From Amphiscolops sp. MND2022 (taxonomy: Eukaryota), in NCBI GenBank assembly GCA_964187785.1, contig OZ076409.1, forward strand, positions 9,426,001 to 9,490,000: a DNA stretch of 64,000 nt, given 5' to 3'. The notes under the pieces are model-generated. The model was not told where the DNA came from, ran no database searches, and worked only from the letters and a program-made list of their open reading frames with translations. The position numbers and the translations under genes are program-made. This document shows, piece after piece, positions 36,426 to 47,196 of the stretch (position 1 is the stretch's first letter; each line of letters opens with the position of its first letter).

Positions 36426-39182
36426 ATGAAAGTCATATCGTACAATTCTCGTATACTTAGCCCACAAGAACAAAAACTCTCCACACTTGATAGAGAACTC
36501 CTTGGTATAGTACACGCACTTCAAATCTATGAATTTCCTATCATAGGTTCTCCACATCCAATACACATTTTCACTGATCACAAACCTTTATTACATTGTT
36601 TTACAAAGAAAGGTAATCTTAGCCCTCGTTTCTATAGAGCTCAAATGCAATTGACAAAATTTTCAAAACTCAAAATAATTCACACCCCTGGAAAAAATCT
36701 CTCTGTTGCCGATATGTTGAGTCGCTCATTCACAAAAGCTGAATTACAACCTAACCAATTAAAACATAAACACCTCCCACCACAAATCGATTTTGCACTT
36801 TTACAAGATAACACTCTTAAACCTGTACATTACTTAATAAAACATGAAGAAATTTTACCCCATCAAAAACATGACTCCCATCCAATCCTTGCTGATTATG
36901 GTACAGATCAATTCTCTATTCGTATCAATGATAAAGGAAATGACATTATTGTAAAACCCTTACAATCTTTCTCATTCAAATCTGTAACTCCTTTTCAAAC
37001 CAAATTTAAGACACCTACAAAAAGGAACAACAAAACCCTTCATCAACAATCTCTCTTACTTAATGATACTGACGTTACAAGTGATGACGAAGATCATATT
37101 TACACCAGAATTCCAAAATCTGACTCTTCCTTCTCACAAGATACTACATTACAAACAGAAAATTATTCTACTCTTAAACAATCAAGTCACAACACATCAC
37201 AGAAATCAATTTCTGCAATAAATGTACAACCAAATTTACCATCTCTCACACACTGTCAACAAATTATACCTTTTTATGATACATCATTTTTTAAGTACAA
37301 AAACTATTTTCAAGGTTTCTTCCTCCCCGATGATTACTCATTAGACATAAAAACTCTCCAACAACAACAATCTCAAGATCCGGTTCTCAGAACTGTTTAC
37401 TCTTGGTTACTAAACAATGAAAAACCCGAGTTTATAACACCTCTTATCACTGGTACTCCATTTCTACATGTATATTACAAAAGATTTTCACAACTTTTCA
37501 TTGATGAATCCACTAATCTTATTAGTCTGTATATTACAAACCCCACTGTTAATAACCAATCTTCTACTCCAAATTTTGTACAAGATACTATTCGCATATG
37601 CCTACCTTTCCGACTGTTTAAAACTGTCTTTAACAAACTTCATGAACATTCTCACACTGGTATGAAAATCACCTACAATACATTCAAACAATATTACTAT
37701 ATCCCATTCCTTGAAAAATGGCTTTCTATTTTCATACATGACTGTATTGAATGTCAACGTAATAAGCACTTCAATATGAAAATTCAAACTGCTCCTACAC
37801 AATCATTTTCAGAACATGCTCCATCTTTCAACTATAGAATCTCAATGGACACTAAAGGACCTATTAATCCTCCTTCTCATAACAAATCCTATATCCATGT
37901 AATAATTGACGCTTTTAGTCACTTTGTTGTTACAGTACCCATCAAATCAAACAACGCAAAGACTGCTATCAAAACCCTCCTACACCATTGGATTATTAAA
38001 TTTGGACCACCCATATACCTTGTCACTGATCGTGGATCAGAATATGTTAACAAAGAAATGGCACATCTTTGTACACTTATGGGAATTCGCCATTCTCCTA
38101 GAACAGCTTATTCTCCTTGGACAAATGGCCTTGTTGAAGTACAAAACAGAAATCTTGGTACTCATCTTCGAATGTTCCTACATGACACACCTAAAGATTG
38201 GGCATTTCAAGTCCATATGTACGCTTATGCACATAATTCACAACCACTTTCAGAACTCAATGTTTCACCTCATGAAATTGTTTTCCACACTAGACCCAGA
38301 ATACCCCTCACATTTGATTTAAACCTTAATCGAGATACCTCCAAGACATGTATTTCACGCTATTGTTCTCAACTTCCTGAACACTCTCATTATGATAAAT
38401 CAGATTTAAACCCATTCTTCTATAAAACACTTTCAAAACCCATTCCCCAATGGTTTCTCGCTGTAGAAACTGCTATGTTACAAATTTATTCCACAGTCTA
38501 CGAAAACACCCTACGAAAAATTAATTCACACGCATACATTACAAAAACTTACCACGAAGGTAAACCCCTTCCTATTGGTACCTTTGTTTTAAAACGCAAT
38601 TTTACACATGTTCACTTTTCAGACAAACTCAAACCCCTTCGGATTGGACCATTTAAAATTCTTGACAGACTATCAGACGTCACATATGCATTACTTGCAC
38701 AAGATGGCTCTACAGTACACGTTCATAGAAATCATTTAATTCCATATTACACTAAAGAACCACTCTTATATCCACATTTGCGTAATTTTATGCGCTTTTC
38801 AGACACAGCTCAAAACCAAATTCCACAAATTACCAGATATGCAAACAGTGATTCTTCCCCGTTTAACTCTGATGAATCTTTGTCTGAAGAAGATTCTCAA
38901 ACATTTATGACACCACCATCATTTAGTACATCCAATCAAAATACACCATCTATAACATCCAATGACAAGTCTTTACCTTCCTCAACCAATGACAACTCCT
39001 TATATAAACATATAATTAATACCCCTCACACTAATGTCCCTAGTGACAGATCGAGACACCCTTCTAACAACCAAACAACTTCACTTCCTCCTCTAATTGA
39101 CAGAACCACAAAAACCACTTATAAACTACGACAACAACCCAAATTAGATTATAGACTTTTTATTACACCTTCCCAACTATAA
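36426..39182 (+). CDS. pol: E2 RNase H-integrase, same frame as the upstream ORF after a premature TGA (36408-36410)
   Basis: DRELLGIV, FTDHKPL, VADMLSR; HEHSH..CIEC; SMDTKG, VTDRGSEY, GLVEVQN; IGPFKI. Confidence 0.92.
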   Translation: MKVISYNSRILSPQEQKLSTLDRELLGIVHALQIYEFPIIGSPHPIHIFTDHKPLLHCFTKKGNLSPRFYRAQMQLTKFSKLKIIHTPGKNLSVADMLSRSFTKAELQPNQLKHKHLPPQIDFALLQDNTLKPVHYLIKHEEILPHQKHDSHPILADYGTDQFSIRINDKGNDIIVKPLQSFSFKSVTPFQTKFKTPTKRNNKTLHQQSLLLNDTDVTSDDEDHIYTRIPKSDSSFSQDTTLQTENYSTLKQSSHNTSQKSISAINVQPNLPSLTHCQQIIPFYDTSFFKYKNYFQGFFLPDDYSLDIKTLQQQQSQDPVLRTVYSWLLNNEKPEFITPLITGTPFLHVYYKRFSQLFIDESTNLISLYITNPTVNNQSSTPNFVQDTIRICLPFRLFKTVFNKLHEHSHTGMKITYNTFKQYYYIPFLEKWLSIFIHDCIECQRNKHFNMKIQTAPTQSFSEHAPSFNYRISMDTKGPINPPSHNKSYIHVIIDAFSHFVVTVPIKSNNAKTAIKTLLHHWIIKFGPPIYLVTDRGSEYVNKEMAHLCTLMGIRHSPRTAYSPWTNGLVEVQNRNLGTHLRMFLHDTPKDWAFQVHMYAYAHNSQPLSELNVSPHEIVFHTRPRIPLTFDLNLNRDTSKTCISRYCSQLPEHSHYDKSDLNPFFYKTLSKPIPQWFLAVETAMLQIYSTVYENTLRKINSHAYITKTYHEGKPLPIGTFVLKRNFTHVHFSDKLKPLRIGPFKILDRLSDVTYALLAQDGSTVHVHRNHLIPYYTKEPLLYPHLRNFMRFSDTAQNQIPQITRYANSDSSPFNSDESLSEEDSQTFMTPPSFSTSNQNTPSITSNDKSLPSSTNDNSLYKHIINTPHTNVPSDRSRHPSNNQTTSLPPLIDRTTKTTYKLRQQPKLDYRLFITPSQL

Positions 39183-39283
39183 TCTAGTCATTCTATCTGT
39201 TGGCTTACTCAAACTTAGTCACTCTGGTTGAATGAATGTTGAATAAATGAAATAAAACCCATAACAAGTTATCTTAAAGATAA

Positions 39284-40540
39284 CCTGTTGAAAACACTTC
39301 AACAATCCTGGATCCTCCCTCTGATATCTCTCCATCAGCTCCAAGTATTCCTTCTACACATGAATCTTCAGTATCAAACACTACAAACTCTAGTAATGTA
39401 ACTCCTACTACTCCTTCTAAAAGACCCAGATCATACATCTCTGAAACCACTTCTTCTTCACTTCTTGACAGACCACCTATAACCGAAATTCCTATAAACA
39501 CTCGTCCCCAACAAACTCCTATTAACACTCCTATTATACACATACCAAACCCTGAAAGTGTTGAACAATACGTAACATACAAACACCCTACAGCTATCAA
39601 AACTGTTAGACTCCAACCTCAACTTAATCTAGTACAAATTCCTGATACTGAATATACGAAACTACCTCCACTAAAATTACCTTCAGAACTTAGCACTACA
39701 GAACTTAGCACTACTTCTTCAAAACTTTATCCACCATTAAAACCTCTTCGAAAACCCTCTACATCACTCTCAAATCTCTTAGACAATAATACTTCTGACT
39801 ACGCTCCATCACAAGACACAAGCTCATATTTTGTACCTAGACATAGATATAATCTTCGTGATCTTCCTTCACGTAGACTTAGTACAGACACTTCCACACT
39901 CAATTTTTCCGCTCTTTCTAGCAATTCTGCATTACGACTTGTAAGACAACACGCTCAACCATTGTCCTCTGACCCATCATCTTCAGAACTCTTTCAATCT
40001 CCTTATTTTACTTCTGGTTTTGAAACCGCTTCATTACTTTCATCTAATCCACAAACTGCATTCCTATCAGGAGATCTTTTTTCACAAGTAGTAATCCCTA
40101 CTCCTGTTCCTGCACATATTAGACTACCTGAATACTATACTGCAGAACATTCTAGACCTCCAACCCCAAATTTTGCTGATTACCCACTTCGAGTCGATGG
40201 TATAACTATCTACGACCCACAAAACGATCCTCGATTTCCAATTCTTGCAGAACGTTTTATTAATAACAACGATCTCTTATCTCATAAACGTAAAGAAACA
40301 GAACTAAAACGTCTCCAGACACCAAATTTAGAACTTAAATTTGAAGTCAAAGTCAAATTTCAAGGATTAAATCCTCATCCAATATTTCACGTTTCTAAAA
40401 TAGAACATAAAATCTCTCCTGCTCCTTTTGAAGTAGTACATATTGAATTCGAACGCGATCTTAATATACCCACTATCACGTATGGCAACATTGTCTTCTG
40501 TAACCCATACTCTGGTCTTAAATATAAGACATCCTTTTAA
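39284..40540 (+). CDS. E2 accessory ORF X: ~418-codon stop-free frame with no ATG, S/T/P-rich N-terminal half, unknown product
   Basis: The frame of listed ORF 39962-40540 is open back to a TAA at 39281-39283 and contains RYNLRDLPSRR. Confidence 0.55.
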   Translation, partial: PVENTSTILDPPSDISPSAPSIPSTHESSVSNTTNSSNVTPTTPSKRPRSYISETTSSSLLDRPPITEIPINTRPQQTPINTPIIHIPNPESVEQYVTYKHPTAIKTVRLQPQLNLVQIPDTEYTKLPPLKLPSELSTTELSTTSSKLYPPLKPLRKPSTSLSNLLDNNTSDYAPSQDTSSYFVPRHRYNLRDLPSRRLSTDTSTLNFSALSSNSALRLVRQHAQPLSSDPSSSELFQSPYFTSGFETASLLSSNPQTAFLSGDLFSQVVIPTPVPAHIRLPEYYTAEHSRPPTPNFADYPLRVDGITIYDPQNDPRFPILAERFINNNDLLSHKRKETELKRLQTPNLELKFEVKVKFQGLNPHPIFHVSKIEHKISPAPFEVVHIEFERDLNIPTITYGNIVFCNPYSGLKYKTSF

Positions 40541-43190
40541 ATCCTACACAACCTCTTATATAACAACTATAATTCTTTTTTTACACTTCTTTAACTCTAT
40601 CTTTTCCATACCTATAGTACTCCCTGACACAGAAAACTATCTTCCATCGGATGACCCGAATATTACAAATCTCATGGTTTCTCATTATGATTGTGCAAAA
40701 CAACACAATCTCAGACAATTTAATCTACTTAATGTAAAACAATGCACTGAAGCTCCTTCTGACATTAAACATGCAAGTGTTAAAGCCCGTGTATATGTCC
40801 GCGCAAAAGCTAAACGTATCAAAGCTTTCAAATGTGTTGCTTATGCAAAGAAAGAAAGGAAAATATGCTTTCAAGGATCTGTCAAATACCGTCGTGTTGA
40901 TCGAACCGTATGGAATCATAATACATTACCGCTTCCTGTCACTCTTGATCCGGTAGAATGTAAAAACATTATAAGACATTTAAATGGTACAAATGATAAA
41001 ATATTGAACAACCTTAACTACAACAAAACATTTACACTCTTTGAAGATCATTATTTTCAAGAACGTTTAGAACAATATCAAACTCCTTTCACTGTATATC
41101 AATTGAACAAAATGTATACAGGTACATTTACATTTATGCCTGCTGACAAAAACTGGATATATGACCCTACAAAAAACCCTTATCATAACTGTCCTGCTCA
41201 TCATCAATTTGAAGTCAACTTAGTTAGTTGGCGACTAGAAGTTTCTGAAATAGAACTTACATATGATGACACATCAAATGACATGATATTTGATGGACAT
41301 ACATTACCCTGCTATTTTGCAGATGGCTTTTGTAAACCCACTACAAAAACTCCTTTTACTCTTGTTTGGTTTAATGACGATTATTGTCTAATTTTTACCC
41401 TACAAGACTTTATTGGACGTATGACTAAAATTGAAGATAGATATTGGATTGAAACAGACTCTTTTGTACATTCTCCACATCCAGTAAAATCTCAAACTGC
41501 TTCTGGCATAAAAGGTACAGAACACCCTTATGTTCATGCTCCTCATACACAACATCCAAATAACCCAAGTCTTTCAAGATTTGAAGTTTTTCCTACAGCA
41601 CAAACCTTTTGTGGTAAACCAGACCCTCTCTATTCTACACAATACTCAGACCTTTTTGTTACATACACTGATGGTTTTAATATGCATACAGGACAACCTA
41701 ATCCTCATTCCATAATTGATGAGTATATCTCTGGTAAAATAGTATTGGACACTTCAAATAACAAATTCGTATTCCCTGCATTAAATGTATCAAACAATTT
41801 CGCTACCATTGATTATGATGCACATATAAACACCAAAATTGACTACACTATTAATCATGTTTTTCGATCAATGACAGTACAAGAACTAAATACTCTTCAT
41901 ACAATATGTGAACTAGAACGAAATCAACTCCTTACAATACTCGCAATGCCAGTACAAAATCCTCAACTTGCTGGTTTCCTTTTAACTGGTAATAGAAGTA
42001 ACTTCTTATACGTTGAAGGCTCAACCGCCTGGCTTTATGACTGTCCTCATTTTTTATCTCCTTTATACAAAGCAGATAGATGCTTTGACCGTATACCCAT
42101 ACATTTTAAAGATACCTTAATGTACGTTGATCCTATTACAAGACAAACTTATGATTATGCTACACCAATTACATGCGATAATAATCCACGTAACATTATT
42201 GAACTAGACCCTGATTCAGATGACCAAGACTTTTATATTCTTGGACCTGAACCTATCAAACGTAAACCTCCACTAATGTTTACACCCTCACAAATCAAAA
42301 CTACAATACGCCCTAATACTTTTACAGCCCAAGATGCTGGTATATATTCAAATGCAGAACTTGATCAATTTTGGAATCGTATTTTATTTTCTAAACACTC
42401 TGATTCTACACTCCAATTGCTAGGTAAAGCTCTTAGTTATTCATTCATTTCATCTAATACTCCAAATTACGATGCAGATTCCCCTCAAGACTCTGGTAAT
42501 CCTTACAATACATTACGAATAGGACTACATGATAAACTCTTGAACTTAACTCCTCTTTTTACACCTACATGGTTCTCTGATGCTTTTATTGCACTTTTTG
42601 GATACCCTTGTTACATTCTTACACAATGTGGCATATACTTTTCTACATTTCTTTTTGTACAAGCTACTCTTACACTTATTGTTAAACTTTACAAAACAAT
42701 ATCCATTAAATATAATCTTAAAAATAATATTACTTTACTTAGTTCTATTGCACATGGTTTTTTTAATGTTCTTACAGCACGAATGGTCAGTGACCTACAT
42801 GAGGCTCAAAACAAAAAACCCAAAAGTACACTTTCCAAATCCAAATCTTTAGATAACTTTATTGACACTTCTCCCACTTTAATTAACCATTCTACAGATG
42901 TTACTTCCCCTCCACCTTTTTATACTAAACGATCTAACAAAATTCAATTTCCTAAATTTAACTTCTTTCCGAAACGACACCACAATTCTCACCATAAAAC
43001 GACTCCACTTCCTTTCTCTTCTGTCCAACATCCCCCACTTCCTAATTATACTCATAAAAACTTTCACTCGAATGACAATCTAACTACTCAACATGACACT
43101 TTAATTAACAATTCTGTCACTTCTACTACGGATACACCAATTAAAATCTATTCACGAATAAACTATCCTTTCCCTCCTCCATCTTCTTGA
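40482..43190 (+). CDS. env: E2 Env-like membrane glycoprotein (~902 aa from first ATG), chuvirus-G/gB-like class III fusion protein
   Basis: Signal-like ITTIILFLHFFNSIFS; YDC-x-L-x-V-x-x-C N-terminal pattern; CELER..LA..NP..G..V.G....YDC..CFDRIPI..YVDPITR..ITCD block; N-glycosylation sequons; C-terminal TM segment GIYFSTFLFVQATLTLIV; located after pol. Confidence 0.82.
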   Translation: MATLSSVTHTLVLNIRHPFKSYTTSYITTIILFLHFFNSIFSIPIVLPDTENYLPSDDPNITNLMVSHYDCAKQHNLRQFNLLNVKQCTEAPSDIKHASVKARVYVRAKAKRIKAFKCVAYAKKERKICFQGSVKYRRVDRTVWNHNTLPLPVTLDPVECKNIIRHLNGTNDKILNNLNYNKTFTLFEDHYFQERLEQYQTPFTVYQLNKMYTGTFTFMPADKNWIYDPTKNPYHNCPAHHQFEVNLVSWRLEVSEIELTYDDTSNDMIFDGHTLPCYFADGFCKPTTKTPFTLVWFNDDYCLIFTLQDFIGRMTKIEDRYWIETDSFVHSPHPVKSQTASGIKGTEHPYVHAPHTQHPNNPSLSRFEVFPTAQTFCGKPDPLYSTQYSDLFVTYTDGFNMHTGQPNPHSIIDEYISGKIVLDTSNNKFVFPALNVSNNFATIDYDAHINTKIDYTINHVFRSMTVQELNTLHTICELERNQLLTILAMPVQNPQLAGFLLTGNRSNFLYVEGSTAWLYDCPHFLSPLYKADRCFDRIPIHFKDTLMYVDPITRQTYDYATPITCDNNPRNIIELDPDSDDQDFYILGPEPIKRKPPLMFTPSQIKTTIRPNTFTAQDAGIYSNAELDQFWNRILFSKHSDSTLQLLGKALSYSFISSNTPNYDADSPQDSGNPYNTLRIGLHDKLLNLTPLFTPTWFSDAFIALFGYPCYILTQCGIYFSTFLFVQATLTLIVKLYKTISIKYNLKNNITLLSSIAHGFFNVLTARMVSDLHEAQNKKPKSTLSKSKSLDNFIDTSPTLINHSTDVTSPPPFYTKRSNKIQFPKFNFFPKRHHNSHHKTTPLPFSSVQHPPLPNYTHKNFHSNDNLTTQHDTLINNSVTSTTDTPIKIYSRINYPFPPPSS

Positions 43191-43439
43191 ACTCTCTCTC
43201 AGTTCTTCTGTAACTCTCTTCCAGAACACTCGCCTGCTATTTCTTCACAATTGCTACTCCTCCACCACTTGAAACTCTTGCAGAAATTCATCTTCCTCAG
43301 TCCAATAATACTTCTCTCATAATAACAATCTTCAAAAACTCTTCAACTAAAGTTGACAAATCCACTCGTTAGTGTAATTTATAGTACTTTAACTTTAAAG
43401 TGCTAAGGCCTCTTGGAATAGATAACACTGTGACTGTTG

Positions 43440-44783
43440 ATGCTTTCTCAAACAATGACACAAGCACAAATTGACCTACAAACACAGCTTGAACAAGCAA
43501 CCCCAACAGATCTTATAACAAGACCTCTTTCAAATGATTCTCCTGTTCTCTATATTGATACTTCTGAAAAAACACCTCCAACTTTTCTTGAACCAATGGA
43601 ACACACAAAAGTTGAAAATGAAAATCCAAAACCTACTCCTCCACAAGATGATACTGATCATACACAATCGACACCACCTCCTCCAAAAAAGCGATATGAA
43701 ATAATGAAAGATCCAATCTTTCTTTCATCACCAATATATCCTCCTTCAATACCTTCAAAAATTTCACTTTGCACGAATCGCGATGATCATTTGATCTCAA
43801 TTCTTTCCACTGACGATTTCGTCTTCAAAGCACAACTAACTTCTCTATATATGCATCCTACTGACTACTCATTTCGCTTATATGACAAAAATCAAGACTT
43901 CTTCACATCCATTGCTTCCAAAATAATGGGTCCATACCAATATTGGCTCGAGAATGGAGTTAAAATTTTCTCTCTCCAATTCAATTTTCTTAGACCTTCT
44001 ATATACGATCTCAAAACGGATGAATCTGATCCATCCTTTCTCTCTATAGCACAAAAAGCTTCTCATCATCAGACATATACTAAATTTCTACAATACACGA
44101 AACCACAAAATTATATTTTTGTCAATTACAAATATACATCACCGTTCACAATGACAAATATGTACACTCTCGACCACTCCTGTATAACAGGCTACCTTCG
44201 GAACTATGACCCTATAAAGCAATACTTCTGTTTGCTTCCATATAACAATACTTCACGTCCACTTATTGTACCTCAAGAATATCTCATACATTACGATGAT
44301 TTTTTGTTGCCTTGCAACATCCCTACTCAAATTGCAAAACCTCTTACTGTTATTAAACACCTCGTTTCTTCTCCACTTGACGATAAAGATAGAACATACT
44401 ATACAGCACTCTACAAACAAACGTATTCCTACAATGAACTTCTCTTTATATCTGCCAAAACTATCTCTTTCATGGTACAAGCTGAACAAAAAACTGAACA
44501 TAAATCACACACTTCGCCCATCAAAAACACTCATGACAAACTTTCCTCTGTATTAAACAATCGAACACTTCGAGACATAACAAATTTACTGGAACCCTAT
44601 AAACGAAACTCCTCTGAAACACCTATCACAACACTTACACATATACTACACTGCTATGACAGAACACACAAACTCCTTCAGACACTCGATTTAGATTCTC
44701 AACGCATCACTCAATCATCCCAAGCAATACAATCTGCTTTGGAAACTATAACTACTCTTTTTAATTCAACTAATCTTCATTAA
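43440..44783 (+). CDS. E2 accessory ORF Y (~447 aa), unknown function
   Basis: Long intact ORF in AT-rich DNA with the same codon bias as the other E2 ORFs; no motif recognised. Confidence 0.75.
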   Translation: MLSQTMTQAQIDLQTQLEQATPTDLITRPLSNDSPVLYIDTSEKTPPTFLEPMEHTKVENENPKPTPPQDDTDHTQSTPPPPKKRYEIMKDPIFLSSPIYPPSIPSKISLCTNRDDHLISILSTDDFVFKAQLTSLYMHPTDYSFRLYDKNQDFFTSIASKIMGPYQYWLENGVKIFSLQFNFLRPSIYDLKTDESDPSFLSIAQKASHHQTYTKFLQYTKPQNYIFVNYKYTSPFTMTNMYTLDHSCITGYLRNYDPIKQYFCLLPYNNTSRPLIVPQEYLIHYDDFLLPCNIPTQIAKPLTVIKHLVSSPLDDKDRTYYTALYKQTYSYNELLFISAKTISFMVQAEQKTEHKSHTSPIKNTHDKLSSVLNNRTLRDITNLLEPYKRNSSETPITTLTHILHCYDRTHKLLQTLDLDSQRITQSSQAIQSALETITTLFNSTNLH

Positions 44784-45193
44784 ACTTCTCTACAGGTAAT
44801 ATAAAGTTTTAAATTTTTTTCTCTGGTACATTCTATGGTACATCTGTGGCATATTCTACAAGGTATTTTCATTTTTATTTCACAAAAATCTTTACTTTTG
44901 AATGAAATCTCAGGACTGTTTTTTAAGTACACTAATTTCTCCTACAGTACATGTCAAAAACTAACTATTTTTTTATTTTAAACACTACAATACAAGACAT
45001 ACAAGACAATCGAAAATATTACTACATATGGCACATTATAGCACCCATTTTTGTTGTACATCTTTGACTTGATATTGTCATTCTTCTTACACTTCCTTTG
45101 TTTTAGAAACATCCATTCTTCCTTCTCCTTCATCCAAATTCTTTCAGAACATCCCAACCTCTCTTTCTTCGTATCCTTCAAACTCTCGTCATA

Positions 45194-45646
45194 ATGGCTC
45201 CAAATGCTGAAACAAACGACATTCTAACAATGACTTCAGAATTTTCGAAAGTGCATAGTCTTAAAGCCGCCATATTTCATACCATGGCCTTCAAACTCTC
45301 GCTTGAAATTCACAAAAACAAAATTACGCCAAAATGTCTCATCGCTTTCTTAAAAGTACTCTACAATATCACGCAAATAAAGAAAAAGAAAATCACTTTC
45401 GAGCAATATTCGCGAATCCATCTCCAAGGACCTAAAATTGCCATTTGTGAAACGGCATCTAATGTTGTTTTCGTCCTCAATTCGTCTTTTACGTCAAAGG
45501 ATCAGTACTTTCGTACTGCTATCCAAGAAGCTACAGATGCTTTTAATAATATGCTGAAAGATTTCGGGTATACTCAACAACTAGAACTTTATGACCCGAT
45601 CCAACACCAACCTCATCCTCCATCGCAAAACTCTCTCTTTCAATAA
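45194..45646 (+). CDS. E2 accessory ORF Z (150 aa), unknown function
   Basis: ATG in good context (ATAATGG) and globular-looking composition. Confidence 0.55.
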   Translation: MAPNAETNDILTMTSEFSKVHSLKAAIFHTMAFKLSLEIHKNKITPKCLIAFLKVLYNITQIKKKKITFEQYSRIHLQGPKIAICETASNVVFVLNSSFTSKDQYFRTAIQEATDAFNNMLKDFGYTQQLELYDPIQHQPHPPSQNSLFQ

Positions 45647-45867
45647 TCTCTAACACAAACTCCTACTTACTTATATTTCACTCGTTGACTACATTTCGTC
45701 TCCAAATTCTTCATCTTCTTTCGATGATGCTTCGAAATGTGGTTGATGATTACTTCCAAGAACTCCTACACATGCTGAAACTCTTCACTTCACCCACCCA
45801 CGATGGTCAACAACATCCATCTACACTTTGGGTTCATCGACGTTGCCAAAAATTGTCCTCGTCATCG

Positions 45868-46055
45868 TTCTTCACACTTCAAATGCTGACTTCGTGACTG
45901 GTCTTCTTCACACCTCAATTGCTGACTTTGTGAACTGGTCTTCTTCACACCTCAATTGCTGACTTTGTGAACTGCTCTTCTTCACACCTCAACTGCTGAC
46001 TTCGTGAACTGGTCTTCTTCACACCTCAACTGCTGACTTCGTGAACTGGTCTTCA
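45868..46055 (+). repeat. 37-bp tandem repeat (GGTCTTCTTCACACCTCAA(T/C)TGCTGACTT(T/C)GTGAACT), about 5 copies, in the E2 3' region
   Basis: Head-to-tail units with no spacers. Confidence 0.95.
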
Positions 46056-47196
46056 TACTCCAATGGCCAATACAAATTTCAAACTGAACTGTATAATCAT
46101 TTATAACCAATATAACCTGTAATCTATTTTAATCAAATCATAACTTTAATATGGACTAGTGCTATATACTCCTATCTAATTTTTAGTGCTATATAATCTT
46201 ATCTAATCGTAGTATACTAGTGCTATATATTCCTATCTAATCTTTAGCGCTATATAATCTTATTTAATCTTAATCTTATCTAACCATTGTATAATTACCC
46301 CCCATTAACCATAATCCTTCCCCAATTCTACCCATAATTATTCTTGTAACCACAATATTATTTACTTCCATTGTATTGTGTATAGAACTTTAACATTATC
46401 TTACATAATTATCCACTTCAAAATACATTTTAATCCCCGTCTTTTTACAGAACACAAGTCCTACTTACAGCACAAGAAATTTTCTAAGATTTTTGGACAA
46501 AAATTTTTTCTTTTACAAAACATGTTCTACAACTTTCCTTTAACCCTCAAAAGCATTCCCAAAAAATTTTCCAGAATTTTCTTTCGAACTCTTGAAAATT
46601 GTCACTTGTGAAAACTGTCACTTCTAGTTTTCAAATGTTTGAAACTTGAAATAGCCAAAGTTTTTTTTCAACTCTTGCTTCTGCTCTACTCTTCACTTTT
46701 GTTGAAAATGAACTCTCACTTCAACCTTGACTTTTCAAAACTTCTTCACTTTTGGTTCACATACCCGCCAATGTTGGTTCACAACTCATTGACAACTCCA
46801 CGCTTTAATTCTTCAACTTGAAAAGTTTTCAATGCTGACTAACTCATGTTGATGAAACAAACTTTTTCAACAAGCCGATGGCTGATACGTACGAAAAAGA
46901 AACCTGAAAGAATAAATAGTTGTCAACAATAACTTCAAAGAACTTGTCAGTCAAAGAAACTGAAAGAACTTGAACCTGTTTGAACCTTTTTGCACCAATT
47001 GAATCGTCTATGATGTAAGAAGTCAAATCGTTTTAGGTTGTTCTCACTCCTTAAGTATGGTACTCTACAAAACGAAACTCATGCAACTTTAGTACAACAC
47101 ATATGAAACAAACCCATGCATATAACAAAAACTTCTAGAACTCCTCAAACTCAAAAGTGCATATATGTAATTTTTATTTTTAAATTCCCGGTTGAT

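Noticed and set aside
45868..46055. 37-bp repeats as a CRISPR array
   Set aside because: Units are head-to-tail with no unique spacers, there are no cas genes, and the context is a eukaryotic retroelement.
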